Assembly (NCBI GenBank): GCA_963422395.1
Contig: OY729431.1
Location: 2,016,001-2,080,000 of the forward strand
Origin: Vicinamibacteria bacterium
GTDB lineage: Bacteria > Acidobacteriota > Vicinamibacteria > Marinacidobacterales > Marinacidobacteraceae
Length of the DNA: 64,000 nt
Direction: 5' to 3'
The notes under the pieces are model-generated. The model saw only the letters and a list, made by a program, of their open reading frames with translations, made no database searches and was not told the DNA's origin. Numbering within the stretch: the first letter of the stretch is position 1; the number at the start of each line of letters is the position of its first letter. The position numbers and the translations under genes were made by a program. This document shows positions 55,075 through 64,000 of the stretch, piece after piece.

Positions 55075-55748
55075 TCGAGGGAATCCGCTGGACCGACGAC
55101 GGCCTGGTTCCGGCGATCGTCCAGGATGCGGCGAGCGGCCGGGTGCTCATGCTGGGCTGGATGAACGAAGAAGCCCTTTCACGGACCACCGCGACCGGCC
55201 GCGTGCATTTCTTCTCCCGCCGCCGGGGGACCCTCTGGCGCAAGGGAGAAACCTCCGGCAACGAACTGCTGCTGCGCTCGATCACCGCCGATTGCGACGG
55301 CGACGCCCTGCTGGTCGAAGCCGATCCCCGCGGACCGACCTGCCACACCGGACAGGTCTCCTGCTTCTTCCGCCCACTGGCCAGCGAGCCGCCAGAGCCC
55401 GGCGGGCCGGAGTTCGAGGCGGCAATCGATCGGAAATCGGACGGGGCATCGGATCTGGGATCGGTGCTTCGGGCGCTGGCTGGGATCGTGGGCGAGCGGG
55501 CCGCCCAGCGCCCCGAGGGCTCCTACACCGCGAGGCTGCTGGACGCCGGCACCCAGCGGATCGCCCAGAAGGTCGGCGAGGAGGGCGTCGAAGTCGCGCT
55601 CGCGGCCGCCGCCGGAACGGACGCCGAAGTGGTGCGCGAGACGGCGGATCTCCTCTACCACCTCCTGGTGCTCTTCGAGGACCGGAACCTCGGGACCGAC
55701 CGGATCGCCGGCGAACTGTCCCGCCGTTTCCCCGCCGCGCGGCGTTGA
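55071..55748 (+). CDS. hisIE: Bifunctional phosphoribosyl-AMP cyclohydrolase / phosphoribosyl-ATP pyrophosphatase
   Basis: [26 protein letters not shown]; [22 protein letters not shown]. Confidence 0.95.
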   Translation: MIEGIRWTDDGLVPAIVQDAASGRVLMLGWMNEEALSRTTATGRVHFFSRRRGTLWRKGETSGNELLLRSITADCDGDALLVEADPRGPTCHTGQVSCFFRPLASEPPEPGGPEFEAAIDRKSDGASDLGSVLRALAGIVGERAAQRPEGSYTARLLDAGTQRIAQKVGEEGVEVALAAAAGTDAEVVRETADLLYHLLVLFEDRNLGTDRIAGELSRRFPAARR

Positions 55749-55762
55749 AGCCGAACGGACTG

Positions 55763-56590
55763 CTAGCAGCCTGCGCCGGCGAGGGCCTGCCGCGCCTCCC
55801 GAAGGGAGAAGCGCTTTTCGTAGAGCGCGCGGCCCAGGATCACTCCGAAAAGCCGCGGCGCGCCCGGAGCGGCCGAGCCGGAATCGGCAGTACCGGTAGC
55901 GGCTGAACCCGATCTGACCGAACCCGCCGCGCCGAGTGCCGCGAGGTGCGCCAGCGTTCCGACGCCTCCGGCAAGGATCGTCGGCAGCCCCGAGGCGGCT
56001 GCCACCCGCAGCGCGCCCTCCGGGTCCGGTCCTGCCATCGTCCCGTCGCGCTCCACTCGGGTATAGAGGAGCGCGGCCGCGCCGCGCTCGCCCCAGTGCC
56101 GGGCGGCGGCTTCGGGATCGGTTTCCGCGGTTCCGGCGGCGTCCAGCGGCCGCTCCACCCAGCCGCGCGTCAGCAGGCGCCCGCCCCGCACATCGAGAGC
56201 CACCGCTACTCCTTCGGGGTCGCGCCGGATCGCTTCCTCCACCACTTCCGGGGTTTCCACGGCGGCGGTCCCGAACACCACCCGAGCGGCCCCGGCCTCG
56301 CGGAGTTCCGCGCCGGCCGCCGCGGTCCGCACCCCGCCGGCCACCTGGACCCGAAGCGCGGAGTCGGAGACGATCCGCCGCACCGCCTCCCGGTTCCCCG
56401 CATCTCCGAATGCCGCGTCGAGGTCCACGACATGGAGCCAACGCGCGCCGGCAGCCGCGAATTCCGCCGCTGCCCGCAGCGGATCATCGCCGTACACCGT
56501 CTCTCGCTCCCTGATCCCCCGGAACAGCCGGACCACGCGGCCGCCCGAGAGATCGATCGCCGGAATCGGTTCGATCCGGGGGGCGGGCAT
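55763..56590 (-). CDS. hisA: ProFAR isomerase
   Basis: IPAIDLSGGRVVRL, LHVVDLDAA, RDGTMAGPD, GRALYE. Confidence 0.93.
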   Translation of the reverse strand: MPAPRIEPIPAIDLSGGRVVRLFRGIRERETVYGDDPLRAAAEFAAAGARWLHVVDLDAAFGDAGNREAVRRIVSDSALRVQVAGGVRTAAAGAELREAGAARVVFGTAAVETPEVVEEAIRRDPEGVAVALDVRGGRLLTRGWVERPLDAAGTAETDPEAAARHWGERGAAALLYTRVERDGTMAGPDPEGALRVAAASGLPTILAGGVGTLAHLAALGAAGSVRSGSAATGTADSGSAAPGAPRLFGVILGRALYEKRFSLREARQALAGAGC

Positions 56591-57216
56591 CAGGAGAGGG
56601 CGAGGAAATTCCGCAGCACCGCCGCACCCAGCCGGCCGCTCTTTTCCGGATGGAACTGGATGCCCAGGATCCGCCCCTCGCCGGCTGCGGAAGCGAAGCG
56701 GACTCCGTACTCGGTCGAAGCGAAGCGCTGCCCCGGCGCGGACGGATCGGCATGGAAGGAGTGCAGGAAGTAGGCGTACGCGCCTTCGGGGATGCCGTGC
56801 AGCAGCGGGACGGGACGGATGTCCTCCAACTGGTTCCAGCCGATGTGGGGCACTCGCGGCGGCTCGTCGAAGCGGCGCACCTCGCCGGACAGGAGGCCGA
56901 GTCCGTCAACCTCCGGCGCTTCGTCGCTTCCCCGAAAGAGCATCTGCAGGCCGACGCAGATCCCGAGCAGCCAGGCTCCGGAGGCGAGCCCCCGGCGGAG
57001 CGGCGCCTCGAGTCCGCGTCCGCGCAGGGCGCGCATCGCTTCGCCGAAGTGCCCGTCGCCCGGCAGCACCAGCCGCCGCCCCGCCGCGATCTCTTCCGGA
57101 GCGGAGGTCCGGAGCACCCGCGCTCCCTGTCTCGCGAACGCCCGCACCACGCTTCCCAGATTTCCGGCGCCGTGGTCCACCACCACGACTTCGGGATCCG
57201 TTCCCCGGCGCCTCAC
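56590..57216 (-). CDS. hisH: Imidazole glycerol phosphate synthase glutaminase subunit
   Basis: GNLGSV, LGICVGLQ, PHIGWN, YFLHS, QFHPEKS. Confidence 0.95.
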   Translation of the reverse strand: MRRRGTDPEVVVVDHGAGNLGSVVRAFARQGARVLRTSAPEEIAAGRRLVLPGDGHFGEAMRALRGRGLEAPLRRGLASGAWLLGICVGLQMLFRGSDEAPEVDGLGLLSGEVRRFDEPPRVPHIGWNQLEDIRPVPLLHGIPEGAYAYFLHSFHADPSAPGQRFASTEYGVRFASAAGEGRILGIQFHPEKSGRLGAAVLRNFLALS

Positions 57217-57845
57217 CGGGAGAGTGTTCCCTTCGTCGAGGGAACCTCGCTGCCGAGGACCTCTTTCGCTTCGGCGAGCGCGCGGGCGAAGGCCTTGAAG
57301 ACGGTTTCGGCGAGGTGGTGGCTGTTCCGCCCGACCAGGCCGTCCACATGGACGGTGATCCGGCCGCGGTCGGTGAGGGCGCGGAAGAAGTCCTCGAAGA
57401 GCTCGGTCGGCACTTCCCCGACCCGCGCGGCGGGAAACGCGACCCGCCAGGCCAGGAACGGCCGTCCACAGAGATCCACCACCACCCGCGAAAGCGCCTC
57501 GTCGAGCGGGACATGGGCCGAGCCGAAGCGGCGGACGCCGGACAGATCGCCGAGAGCCTCGGCGAGGCAGCCCCCGAGGGTCAGCCCGACATCCTCCATG
57601 GTGTGGTGGGGGTCCACCTGGAGATCTCCCTCCGCCTCCACGGTGAGGGAAATCCCGGCGTGCCGGGCCAGTGTCTCCAGCATGTGATCGAAGAACCCGA
57701 TCCCGGTTGCGATCTCGGCGGCGGGGGTTTCCGGGTCGAGGTGGAGCGCGATCCGAACCCGGGTCTCGCGGGTCTCGCGCACTGCGGACGCCGACCGGCC
57801 GGCCGGGACATCCGGCGGGTGCTCCGGAGTGGGTTCGGGACTCAT
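57213..57845 (-). CDS. hisB: Imidazoleglycerol-phosphate dehydratase
   Basis: RETRET, TGIGFFDHML, DPHHTMED, NSHHLAETVFKAFARAL, PSTKG. Confidence 0.95.
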   Translation of the reverse strand: MSPEPTPEHPPDVPAGRSASAVRETRETRVRIALHLDPETPAAEIATGIGFFDHMLETLARHAGISLTVEAEGDLQVDPHHTMEDVGLTLGGCLAEALGDLSGVRRFGSAHVPLDEALSRVVVDLCGRPFLAWRVAFPAARVGEVPTELFEDFFRALTDRGRITVHVDGLVGRNSHHLAETVFKAFARALAEAKEVLGSEVPSTKGTLSR

Positions 57846-58969
57846 GCCACCGGCGATTCCGGAATTTCGGGGGCCCGAGCCTCCGAGGGCAGCAGGGGCG
57901 CGGCCAGCGAATCCGCCAGTGCTTCGAGAAAGATCAGGTTCTCCTCCGGAGTTCCCACCGTGACCCGGAGGGTGCGGCGTAGCTGCGGGTGCCGCGAGAA
58001 ATCGCGGACCGCCACCCCGCGGGCGAGGAGCCGCCGGGCCAGCAGCGGGCTGTCGAGAGGAGTTCGGAACAGCAGGAAGTTGGCCTCGGAAGGCCAGACC
58101 GCGACTCCGGACAGCGCTCCGAGCCGGGCGGCGAGCGCGTCCCGCTCCCTTGCGATCCGGCCCGCGAGTTCGAGCAGCGCGCTTCGCTCCCCCATGACCG
58201 CAACCGCTGCCCGACAGCTGTACACCCCGACGGGGAAGGGCGGCTGCGCGCGGCGGATGGCGCGGATCGCCTCGGGAGCGCCCAGCAGATAGCCGAGGCG
58301 CGCGCCGGCCATCGCCATCGCCTTCGAGAAGGTGCGCAGCAGGAGGATGTTGCCGAACTCGTCGAGCAGCGGCCGGGCGTTCTCGGAGCGGAACTCGTGG
58401 TACGCCTCGTCCACCAGCAGAAACCCGGGGACGGCCTCGGCGGCCTCCCGGAGTGCGTCCAGCGAGAGCCCCTGCCCGGTCGGATTGTGCGGGGTGGTCA
58501 GAAAGACGAGCGACGGCCGCTCGCGGGCGATCCGCTGCTGGAAGGCGGGGAGGTCGTACTCCAGCTCCTCGCCGAGCGCCACCGGGTGCGCCGCACCGCC
58601 GGCCAGCCGCACCGCCCACGGGTACATCGAAAAACCGGGAGACGGGTAGAGGGCGCACCGCCCCGCGCCGGTGGTCGCGAGCGCAGCGAGCGCCAGCATG
58701 TCGTCTCCGCCATTCCCGAACGCCACCCCCTCGGGATCCCAACCCGAGAGCCCGGCGAGCGCCTCCCGAACCGCCGGGTAGCCGCGGTCCGGGTAGGGGC
58801 GCGGATCAGCAGCGGCCGTCGCTTCGGCCAGCTTCGCCCCGAGCCCCTGCGGAAGCGGCCAGCGGCTCTCGTTCCAGTCCAGATGCAGGGGAACCTCGGG
58901 GCGCGATCCGACATCGGGGGCGAGGCCTCGAACTTCGGGGCGGACCGCGTCCAGCGGAACGGGTTTCAT
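57842..58969 (-). CDS. hisC: Histidinol-phosphate aminotransferase
   Basis: LDWNE, GNGGDD, PHNPTG, VDEAYHEF, RTFSKAMAMAGARLGY, LRVTVG. Confidence 0.93.
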   Translation of the reverse strand: MKPVPLDAVRPEVRGLAPDVGSRPEVPLHLDWNESRWPLPQGLGAKLAEATAAADPRPYPDRGYPAVREALAGLSGWDPEGVAFGNGGDDMLALAALATTGAGRCALYPSPGFSMYPWAVRLAGGAAHPVALGEELEYDLPAFQQRIARERPSLVFLTTPHNPTGQGLSLDALREAAEAVPGFLLVDEAYHEFRSENARPLLDEFGNILLLRTFSKAMAMAGARLGYLLGAPEAIRAIRRAQPPFPVGVYSCRAAVAVMGERSALLELAGRIARERDALAARLGALSGVAVWPSEANFLLFRTPLDSPLLARRLLARGVAVRDFSRHPQLRRTLRVTVGTPEENLIFLEALADSLAAPLLPSEARAPEIPESPVA

Positions 58970-59048
58970 CGGCTTGCTGCCTCCAGAACGATCCCGGCGC
59001 CCGAAAGGGGTACTCCCGGCGATGCGTGGACAGAAGGTGATGCGGGCA

Positions 59049-60464
59049 TCAGGATTCGCCGCGCCCGCGGAGCGGGCCGGGATGGTAGCCAACCGCCGCC
59101 GGCGGGTCGCCGCCGCAGGGTTCGCCGCCGGGCGCCCCTTCCTCGAAGCGGATGCCGATGGAACGGGCGTGGGCCTCGAAACCCTCGATCCGGGCGAAGC
59201 GCTCGAAATCCGCCCGCTGCGTTTCCAGCGCCCGCCGCCCGTAGCGGAGCACGGTCTGCCGCTTCAGAAAGTCCCCGACGGAGAGCGGCGAAGCGAAGCG
59301 GGCGGCGCCGCCGGTCGGCAGGACATGGTTCGGCCCGGCGCCGTAGTCGCTGGCCGCCGTCGGCGAATGTCCGCCGAGCAGGAGGGCGCCGGCGCTCGGC
59401 AGGCGATCGGCGAGCGCTTCGGGGTCCGAAGTCATCACCTCGAGGTGTTCGGGGGCCAGTTCCTCGGCGAGGGCGACGGCCTGGTTCAGATCGGACACCA
59501 GGACCACCGCGCCGCGGCGGGCGAGGGCCCGGGCGATGCTCGCTTCGTTCCGCTGCCCGGCCGCCTGCCGCACGAGTTCGTCGATCGTCTCCTCGGCGAC
59601 TCTGCGGGAAGTGGTGATCAGGATGGCCCGCTCCTCTCCCGAGCCGTGCTCGGCCTGAGCGAGCAGGTCGGCGGCGATCCAGGGCGGCCGGGCGCCGCTG
59701 TCGGCCACCACCACCACTTCGGAGGGGCCGGCGAAAGCGTCGGTGCCGACGACCGCGCTCAGCTGCCGCTTGGCCTCGGCGACATACGCATTGCCGGGTC
59801 CGACGACCTTCTCCACCGGACGGACGCTGGCGGTGCCCCAGCCGAGCGCGGCGATCGCCTGGGCCCCGCCGATCCGGTACACCTCCCGAACCCCGGCGGT
59901 CTCGACCGCCGCCGCCAGCACCGGGCTGCGCTCGACCGCTCCGGGCGGAGTCGCCAGCGCGATCCGCGAAACTCCAGCCACCCGCGCCGGAACGGTGTTC
60001 ATCAGCACCGTGGAGGGATAGACCGCCTCCCCGCCCGGCACATAGACCCCGGCGGCGGCGATCGGCAGCACCCTCCATTCGAGGCGTGCCCCATCCCCCG
60101 ATTCCATGCGGAACGACGCTTCGCGCTGGCGCTCGTGGAAGGCGGCGATCCGGTCGCGGGTCCGGCGCAGAAGCGCTCGATCCTCGGAGCTCGCCCGCGA
60201 CGCGAACCGCGAAAGCTCCTCCGGGGAGATCCGGAGCGAATCGGCGTCGAGGTCGAAGGAATCGAACTCCCGGCCGAGTTCGACGAGCGCCCGGTCCCCG
60301 TCCTGGCGCACCCGCTCCAGGATGGCGGCGGTCGCCTCGGCCAGCCGGCGACCGGCACCGCCGGCGCGCTCTGCTCTCCGGCGGGGATCGGCCCGGAAGG
60401 CTGCGGCACCCTCGAAGAGGGGAACTCCGAAGCGGCGGGGCTCCCCGGAGGCGCCGCCGCTCAC
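59049..60464 (-). CDS. hisD: Histidinol dehydrogenase
   Basis: YVPGG..YPSTVLM, GGAQAIAAL, GPGNAYV, AGPSE, QAEH, PEHLE, GPNHVLPT. Confidence 0.96.
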   Translation of the reverse strand: MSGGASGEPRRFGVPLFEGAAAFRADPRRRAERAGGAGRRLAEATAAILERVRQDGDRALVELGREFDSFDLDADSLRISPEELSRFASRASSEDRALLRRTRDRIAAFHERQREASFRMESGDGARLEWRVLPIAAAGVYVPGGEAVYPSTVLMNTVPARVAGVSRIALATPPGAVERSPVLAAAVETAGVREVYRIGGAQAIAALGWGTASVRPVEKVVGPGNAYVAEAKRQLSAVVGTDAFAGPSEVVVVADSGARPPWIAADLLAQAEHGSGEERAILITTSRRVAEETIDELVRQAAGQRNEASIARALARRGAVVLVSDLNQAVALAEELAPEHLEVMTSDPEALADRLPSAGALLLGGHSPTAASDYGAGPNHVLPTGGAARFASPLSVGDFLKRQTVLRYGRRALETQRADFERFARIEGFEAHARSIGIRFEEGAPGGEPCGGDPPAAVGYHPGPLRGRGES

Positions 60465-61093
60465 GAACCCCCCGCCGCTACCGCCTCTTCGAGGCGGCGG
60501 AGCACCGGCTGCAGCACCGTGCTCCGGAGGCGGAAAGCGGCCCGGTTCACCACCACCCGCGCGCTGCTCTCGAAGAGCGTCTCCTCCTCGACGAGGTCGT
60601 TGTCCCGCAGGGTGGCGCCGGTCTCGACGAGATCCACGATGGCGTCGGCGAGGTCCAGGACCGGAGCGAGTTCGATCGCTCCCGAAAGGCGGATCAACTC
60701 GACCGGAACCCCGCGAGCGCCGAAATACCGCGCCGCCACCTTCGGGTATTTGGTGGCGATCCGGAAGGGCGGATCCGGCAGCTTCCGGCCTTCGGGGCGG
60801 GCGAGGATCATCCGACAGCGGCCGACCCCCAGATCGAGCGGCTCGTAGATGTGCGCGGGCTGCTCCTCCAAAACATCGCGGCCGACGACGCCGAGTTCCG
60901 CCACCCCATGCTCCACATAGATCGGAACGTCCCAGTCCTTGGCGAAGATCGCCTCCACTCCGTCCCCGAGAAGGCGAAGACGGCGGTCGGAAGCCCCCTC
61001 ACGGGGCAGCGGCCAGCCCGCCCGCCGGAGCAGAGCAGAGACCGCACGCAGCAGCCGCCCGGTGGGGAAGGCAGCGACCAGCGGGACATCCAT
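60461..61093 (-). CDS. hisG: ATP phosphoribosyltransferase, short form
   Basis: PTGRL, DVPIYVEHG, IATKYP, GAIELAP, IVDLVETGATLRDN; 210 aa with no C-terminal regulatory domain. Confidence 0.95.
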   Translation of the reverse strand: MDVPLVAAFPTGRLLRAVSALLRRAGWPLPREGASDRRLRLLGDGVEAIFAKDWDVPIYVEHGVAELGVVGRDVLEEQPAHIYEPLDLGVGRCRMILARPEGRKLPDPPFRIATKYPKVAARYFGARGVPVELIRLSGAIELAPVLDLADAIVDLVETGATLRDNDLVEEETLFESSARVVVNRAAFRLRSTVLQPVLRRLEEAVAAGGS

Positions 61094-61149
61094 CGGACGA
61101 GAGCCCCGGAATCCTAGGAGTCCGTGGATGAAGTGGCGCGAATCCCAGC

Positions 61150-62313
61150 TCAGGCGGAGCCGGTATGGCCCCGCGAATACGCCGGATCACTTCGGGAACA
61201 GGCTGCCCGACTCTCGGGTTCGAATCGGAGGGGGGCCCCGCGGGCGCGGGCGGAACGGGCCGCCCGGAACCGTTCGGCGAGGCCGGCGGCAGTCGTCGGA
61301 CCAAGGCCAGGCCGAATCGTTTGCGCGGCGCTGCGGTCGGGGTCCGCAGGGGTATCGAGGATGGCGGCCATCCGGTCCACCGAGAGCGAGAACCCGACGG
61401 CCGGGCGGGCATCGCCGAAGTTCGCCAGCAGATCGTCGTAGCGGCCGCCCCCACCGATCTCGCGGCCGGCGCCGGGAGCGTGGATCTCGAAAATGAGCCC
61501 GGTGTAGTAGTCGAAGCCGCGGAGTTCGGCGAGATCGAAACGAACCCGGCCGCCGAGACCCAGAGTGTCCAGCACTCCCGATATCTCCCGGAGCCGGACG
61601 ACCGCTTCGCGGGCCCGCTCCGGCAGCGCCCCGCGCCCCGCCGCTTCGAGGACCTCCGGTCCGCCGGTGTGATCGAGCGCCCGGAGCAGCGGCGGCGCCG
61701 CCGCTTCGAGCGCCGAGCCGATCCGGGCTCGATCCCGCCGCCAGAGCCCGCGAAGCGCCCCGGCGCGCCGTTCGGCTCGGTCGGCAGCTCCCGAGAGCGC
61801 CTCGTCGAGGAGCCCCAGCGGAAATCCGGCGTGTCCGAGGGTGAACCCGAAGCCGCTCACTTCGAGGCGTTCCAGCGTTTCGAACGCCACCATCAGGATC
61901 TCCAGATCGGCGGCCAGGCCGGCGGCGAAGTGCTCCAAACCGACCTCTCGGAACGCGGAGGGGCCGAGGCCGCGGCCCGGACGGCGCACCACCTCGCCGC
62001 GGTAGAACAGCCGGCGGACCTCGGGCGGCAGCCGGGTCGCCGCCGCCCGCGCCGCGAGAGCGGTGAAGTCGGCGCGCAAGGCCAGCAGCTCCCCTCCCTC
62101 GGTGAACCGGTAGCTGGACCGCTCCGACCAGCGTCCACCGCCGCGTGTGAAGACCTCCGCGTGGTCGAAGAGCGGCAGCAGGATCTCCTGGTAACTCCAG
62201 CCGCCGAACACCTCGGCGGCGGTCTGCTCCACGAAACGCCGGCGGCGCGCGGCAGGCCCCACATGGGTGACCGCCCCGGAGGGAGCGCGGAGGAGGGAAT
62301 CGGCTCCGACCAC
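61150..62313 (-). CDS. hisZ: ATP phosphoribosyltransferase regulatory subunit (HisRS paralog)
   Basis: LALRADFT, RLFYRGEV, EVGLE, RGFDYYTGLIF, GGGRYD, PAVGFS; directly upstream of short hisG. Confidence 0.9.
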   Translation of the reverse strand: MVGADSLLRAPSGAVTHVGPAARRRRFVEQTAAEVFGGWSYQEILLPLFDHAEVFTRGGGRWSERSSYRFTEGGELLALRADFTALAARAAATRLPPEVRRLFYRGEVVRRPGRGLGPSAFREVGLEHFAAGLAADLEILMVAFETLERLEVSGFGFTLGHAGFPLGLLDEALSGAADRAERRAGALRGLWRRDRARIGSALEAAAPPLLRALDHTGGPEVLEAAGRGALPERAREAVVRLREISGVLDTLGLGGRVRFDLAELRGFDYYTGLIFEIHAPGAGREIGGGGRYDDLLANFGDARPAVGFSLSVDRMAAILDTPADPDRSAAQTIRPGLGPTTAAGLAERFRAARSARARGAPLRFEPESRAACSRSDPAYSRGHTGSA

Positions 62314-62320
62314 CGCCCGC

Positions 62321-63394
62321 TCAGTTCCCGATGTAACGGGAGAAGAGGGTCCGCGCCTCCGACGGATCGCCGCTGCCGTGCACGATGGTGCGCCCATCGG
62401 GAAAGACGACCAGCCGGCGCCCGCCGACTTCGAATTGCAGGTGGTGCCGGGTGATCCGCAGGGAATCGCGCACTTCGGGAAGGCCGCCGAGACGGTCGCC
62501 GAGCTTCCCGAGCAGACGGGAACCTTCCGTCCCGGCCGCCCTCTCGGGGCCCGCCGCTCCGTAACCCGCCGCCGGGCGGATCTGCACCGCGTCCCGGCCG
62601 CACAGGGTCAGGATCGATCCCCCGTCCTCTCCGGCGAGGAACGGGAATTCTCCCCGCCCGCAGGCGGGACACTCCGGATCCGGCCCGCCGATCTCCATCC
62701 GGTACGCGGTGCGCTCCCAGACATCGAGATGCCAGATTCCATCCTGGATGTCCCCGGCACGCCCCGCGAGCAGCTTGAGGGCCTCGGCCACCGCGTAGGC
62801 GGAGACCGCCTGAACCGCCGGTGCGATCACCCCGGCGGTGTCGCAGGTCGGCGACGCTCCGGGCGGCGGGATTTCGGGAACCACGCAGCGGAGGCACCCG
62901 GTGCGCCCGGGGACCACCGTGAAGGTCATCCCGTAGCTGCCCACGCAGGCGGCGTAGATCCAGGGGATTCCGGACGAGACCGCGGCGTCGTTGATCAGGT
63001 AGCGGGTCTCGAAGTTGTCGGTGGCGTCCACCACCAACTCCACGCCCTCCATGACGCCGCGAACATTTCCGGCGTGCAGGTCGAGGGCGAGCGGTTCCAG
63101 CTCCACTTCGGCGTTGACCGCCGCGAGCCGGCGGCGCGCGCCCTCCGCCTTGGGGACGCCTTCCCGCGCCGCCGACTCGTCGTAGAGGCACTGCCGCTGC
63201 AGGTTCGAGGTCTCGACGGTGTCCCGATCCACGAACCGCACCTTCCCGACTCCGGCGCGCACGAGCATGTCCAGCGAGGCGGCGCCGAGCGCTCCGGCGC
63301 CCACCACCAGGACCCGGCTCTGCCCGAGCCGGCGCTGGCCGTCTTCGCCGATCCCGGAAAAGAGCGTCTGGCGGGAGTAGCGGCCTTCGGGCAC
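62321..63394 (-). CDS. ThiF/MoeB family adenylyltransferase
   Basis: RYSRQ, VGAGALG, DRDTVETSNLQRQ, DATDNF, CLRC, CPAC, LCGRDAVQI; start at GTG 63394 (ATG near 63448 is an alternative). Confidence 0.9.
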   Translation of the reverse strand: MPEGRYSRQTLFSGIGEDGQRRLGQSRVLVVGAGALGAASLDMLVRAGVGKVRFVDRDTVETSNLQRQCLYDESAAREGVPKAEGARRRLAAVNAEVELEPLALDLHAGNVRGVMEGVELVVDATDNFETRYLINDAAVSSGIPWIYAACVGSYGMTFTVVPGRTGCLRCVVPEIPPPGASPTCDTAGVIAPAVQAVSAYAVAEALKLLAGRAGDIQDGIWHLDVWERTAYRMEIGGPDPECPACGRGEFPFLAGEDGGSILTLCGRDAVQIRPAAGYGAAGPERAAGTEGSRLLGKLGDRLGGLPEVRDSLRITRHHLQFEVGGRRLVVFPDGRTIVHGSGDPSEARTLFSRYIGN

Positions 63395-63539
63395 GGCGAA
63401 GAGTTTAGGGGCGGCCGGCGAGGGCTCGGCTCCCAGGGAAGCGGCCATTCCCCGAACCTCCGGGCGGGGCGAAGGGTAGGATTTCACCGATCCTGCCTCT
63501 TCCCCCTTCCTCCGCCCGATCCACCCGCCCGATTCGACC

Positions 63540-64000
63540 TTGAAAGCCGAGAGCTTCCGGGCGGCGCTCGCCCTGCCGATCCTGCTGCTGGGGGCGGCTT
63601 CGGCGACGCCCGCCCAGCCCGCCGTCTTCCCGCTCGCCGAACTCCGGCCGGGGATGACCGGCGAGGGGCGCACGGTGTTCTCCGGCAACGAGATCGAGAC
63701 CTTCGGAGTGGAGATCGTCGGGGTTCTCGAAGGGGCGATGCCGGGCCGGAACATCGTGCTCGCCAACCTCTCCGGCGGTCCGCTCGCCCACACCGGAGTC
63801 CTGCAGGGCATGAGCGGCAGCCCGGTCTATGTGGACGGACGGCTGCTCGGTGCGGTCGCGTACGCATTCCCGTTCGCCAAGGATCCGATCTGCGGAATCA
63901 CTCCGTTCGAGGAGATGGTGCGGTTTACCGAGGAAGCCGCTCCGCCGCCGCCCTCCAGAGCTTCGCCGGCGCTCCATTTTTCTCCCGCAGGACTCCCCTC
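63540..64000 (+). CDS. SpoIVB peptidase S55 domain protein, exported; 3' truncated by the window
   Basis: Read by hand: TTG start, signal peptide, PLAELRPGMTGEGRTVFSG, GVLQGMSGSPVYVDGRLLGAVAY, GITPFEEM. Confidence 0.88.
   Translation, partial: MKAESFRAALALPILLLGAASATPAQPAVFPLAELRPGMTGEGRTVFSGNEIETFGVEIVGVLEGAMPGRNIVLANLSGGPLAHTGVLQGMSGSPVYVDGRLLGAVAYAFPFAKDPICGITPFEEMVRFTEEAAPPPPSRASPALHFSPAGLP

Noticed and set aside
55860-55940. Ala/Gly/Ser-rich insertion near the HisA C-terminus
   Set aside because: A short low-complexity loop with no intein or domain features; similar extensions occur in many genes here
1-64000. tRNA, rRNA, IS elements, integrases and prophage genes
   Set aside because: None recognised by eye; intergenic gaps are short and lack cloverleaf or terminal inverted repeat patterns. 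tRNAscan-SE and ISEScan would be needed to exclude them formally

Overview
A very GC-rich (roughly 70% by eye), densely coding bacterial chromosome segment with about 50 real CDSs. Most of the long ORFs in the six-frame track are antisense or alternative-frame shadows. Gene content (SpoIVB-S55 peptidase, FecR/DUF6600 protein, fused TIGR03960/TIGR03936 radical SAM, AddAB, DUF885, many exported TPR/NHL/BNR proteins) suggests an Acidobacteriota-like organism, which is inference only. Housekeeping genes include addAB, an ftsB-like gene, glpX, an acyl-CoA dehydrogenase, class II ribonucleotide reductase nrdJ with two NrdR boxes, a frameshifted mtaB, a lactate permease and a full his pathway split into two convergent blocks. 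Accessory genes include an SphI-like Type II R-M pair and a Type I R-M (hsdRMS). The best novelty candidates are: (1) an RNase III with two tandem RNase III domains (one intact, one with a destroyed catalytic signature) plus two dsRBDs; (2) a desaturase / stand-alone condensation-type acyltransferase / GH3 acyl-adenylating ligase operon; (3) a recurring -10 hexamer 7-8 nt before start codons, suggesting many leaderless genes; (4) an AddA with a degenerate nuclease; (5) a secreted protein with a 20-unit Ser/Arg tandem-repeat tail; and (6) a possibly structured nrdJ leader. No rRNA, tRNA, CRISPR array, transposase or integrase was recognised. All family assignments come from motif recognition by eye; no searches were run.
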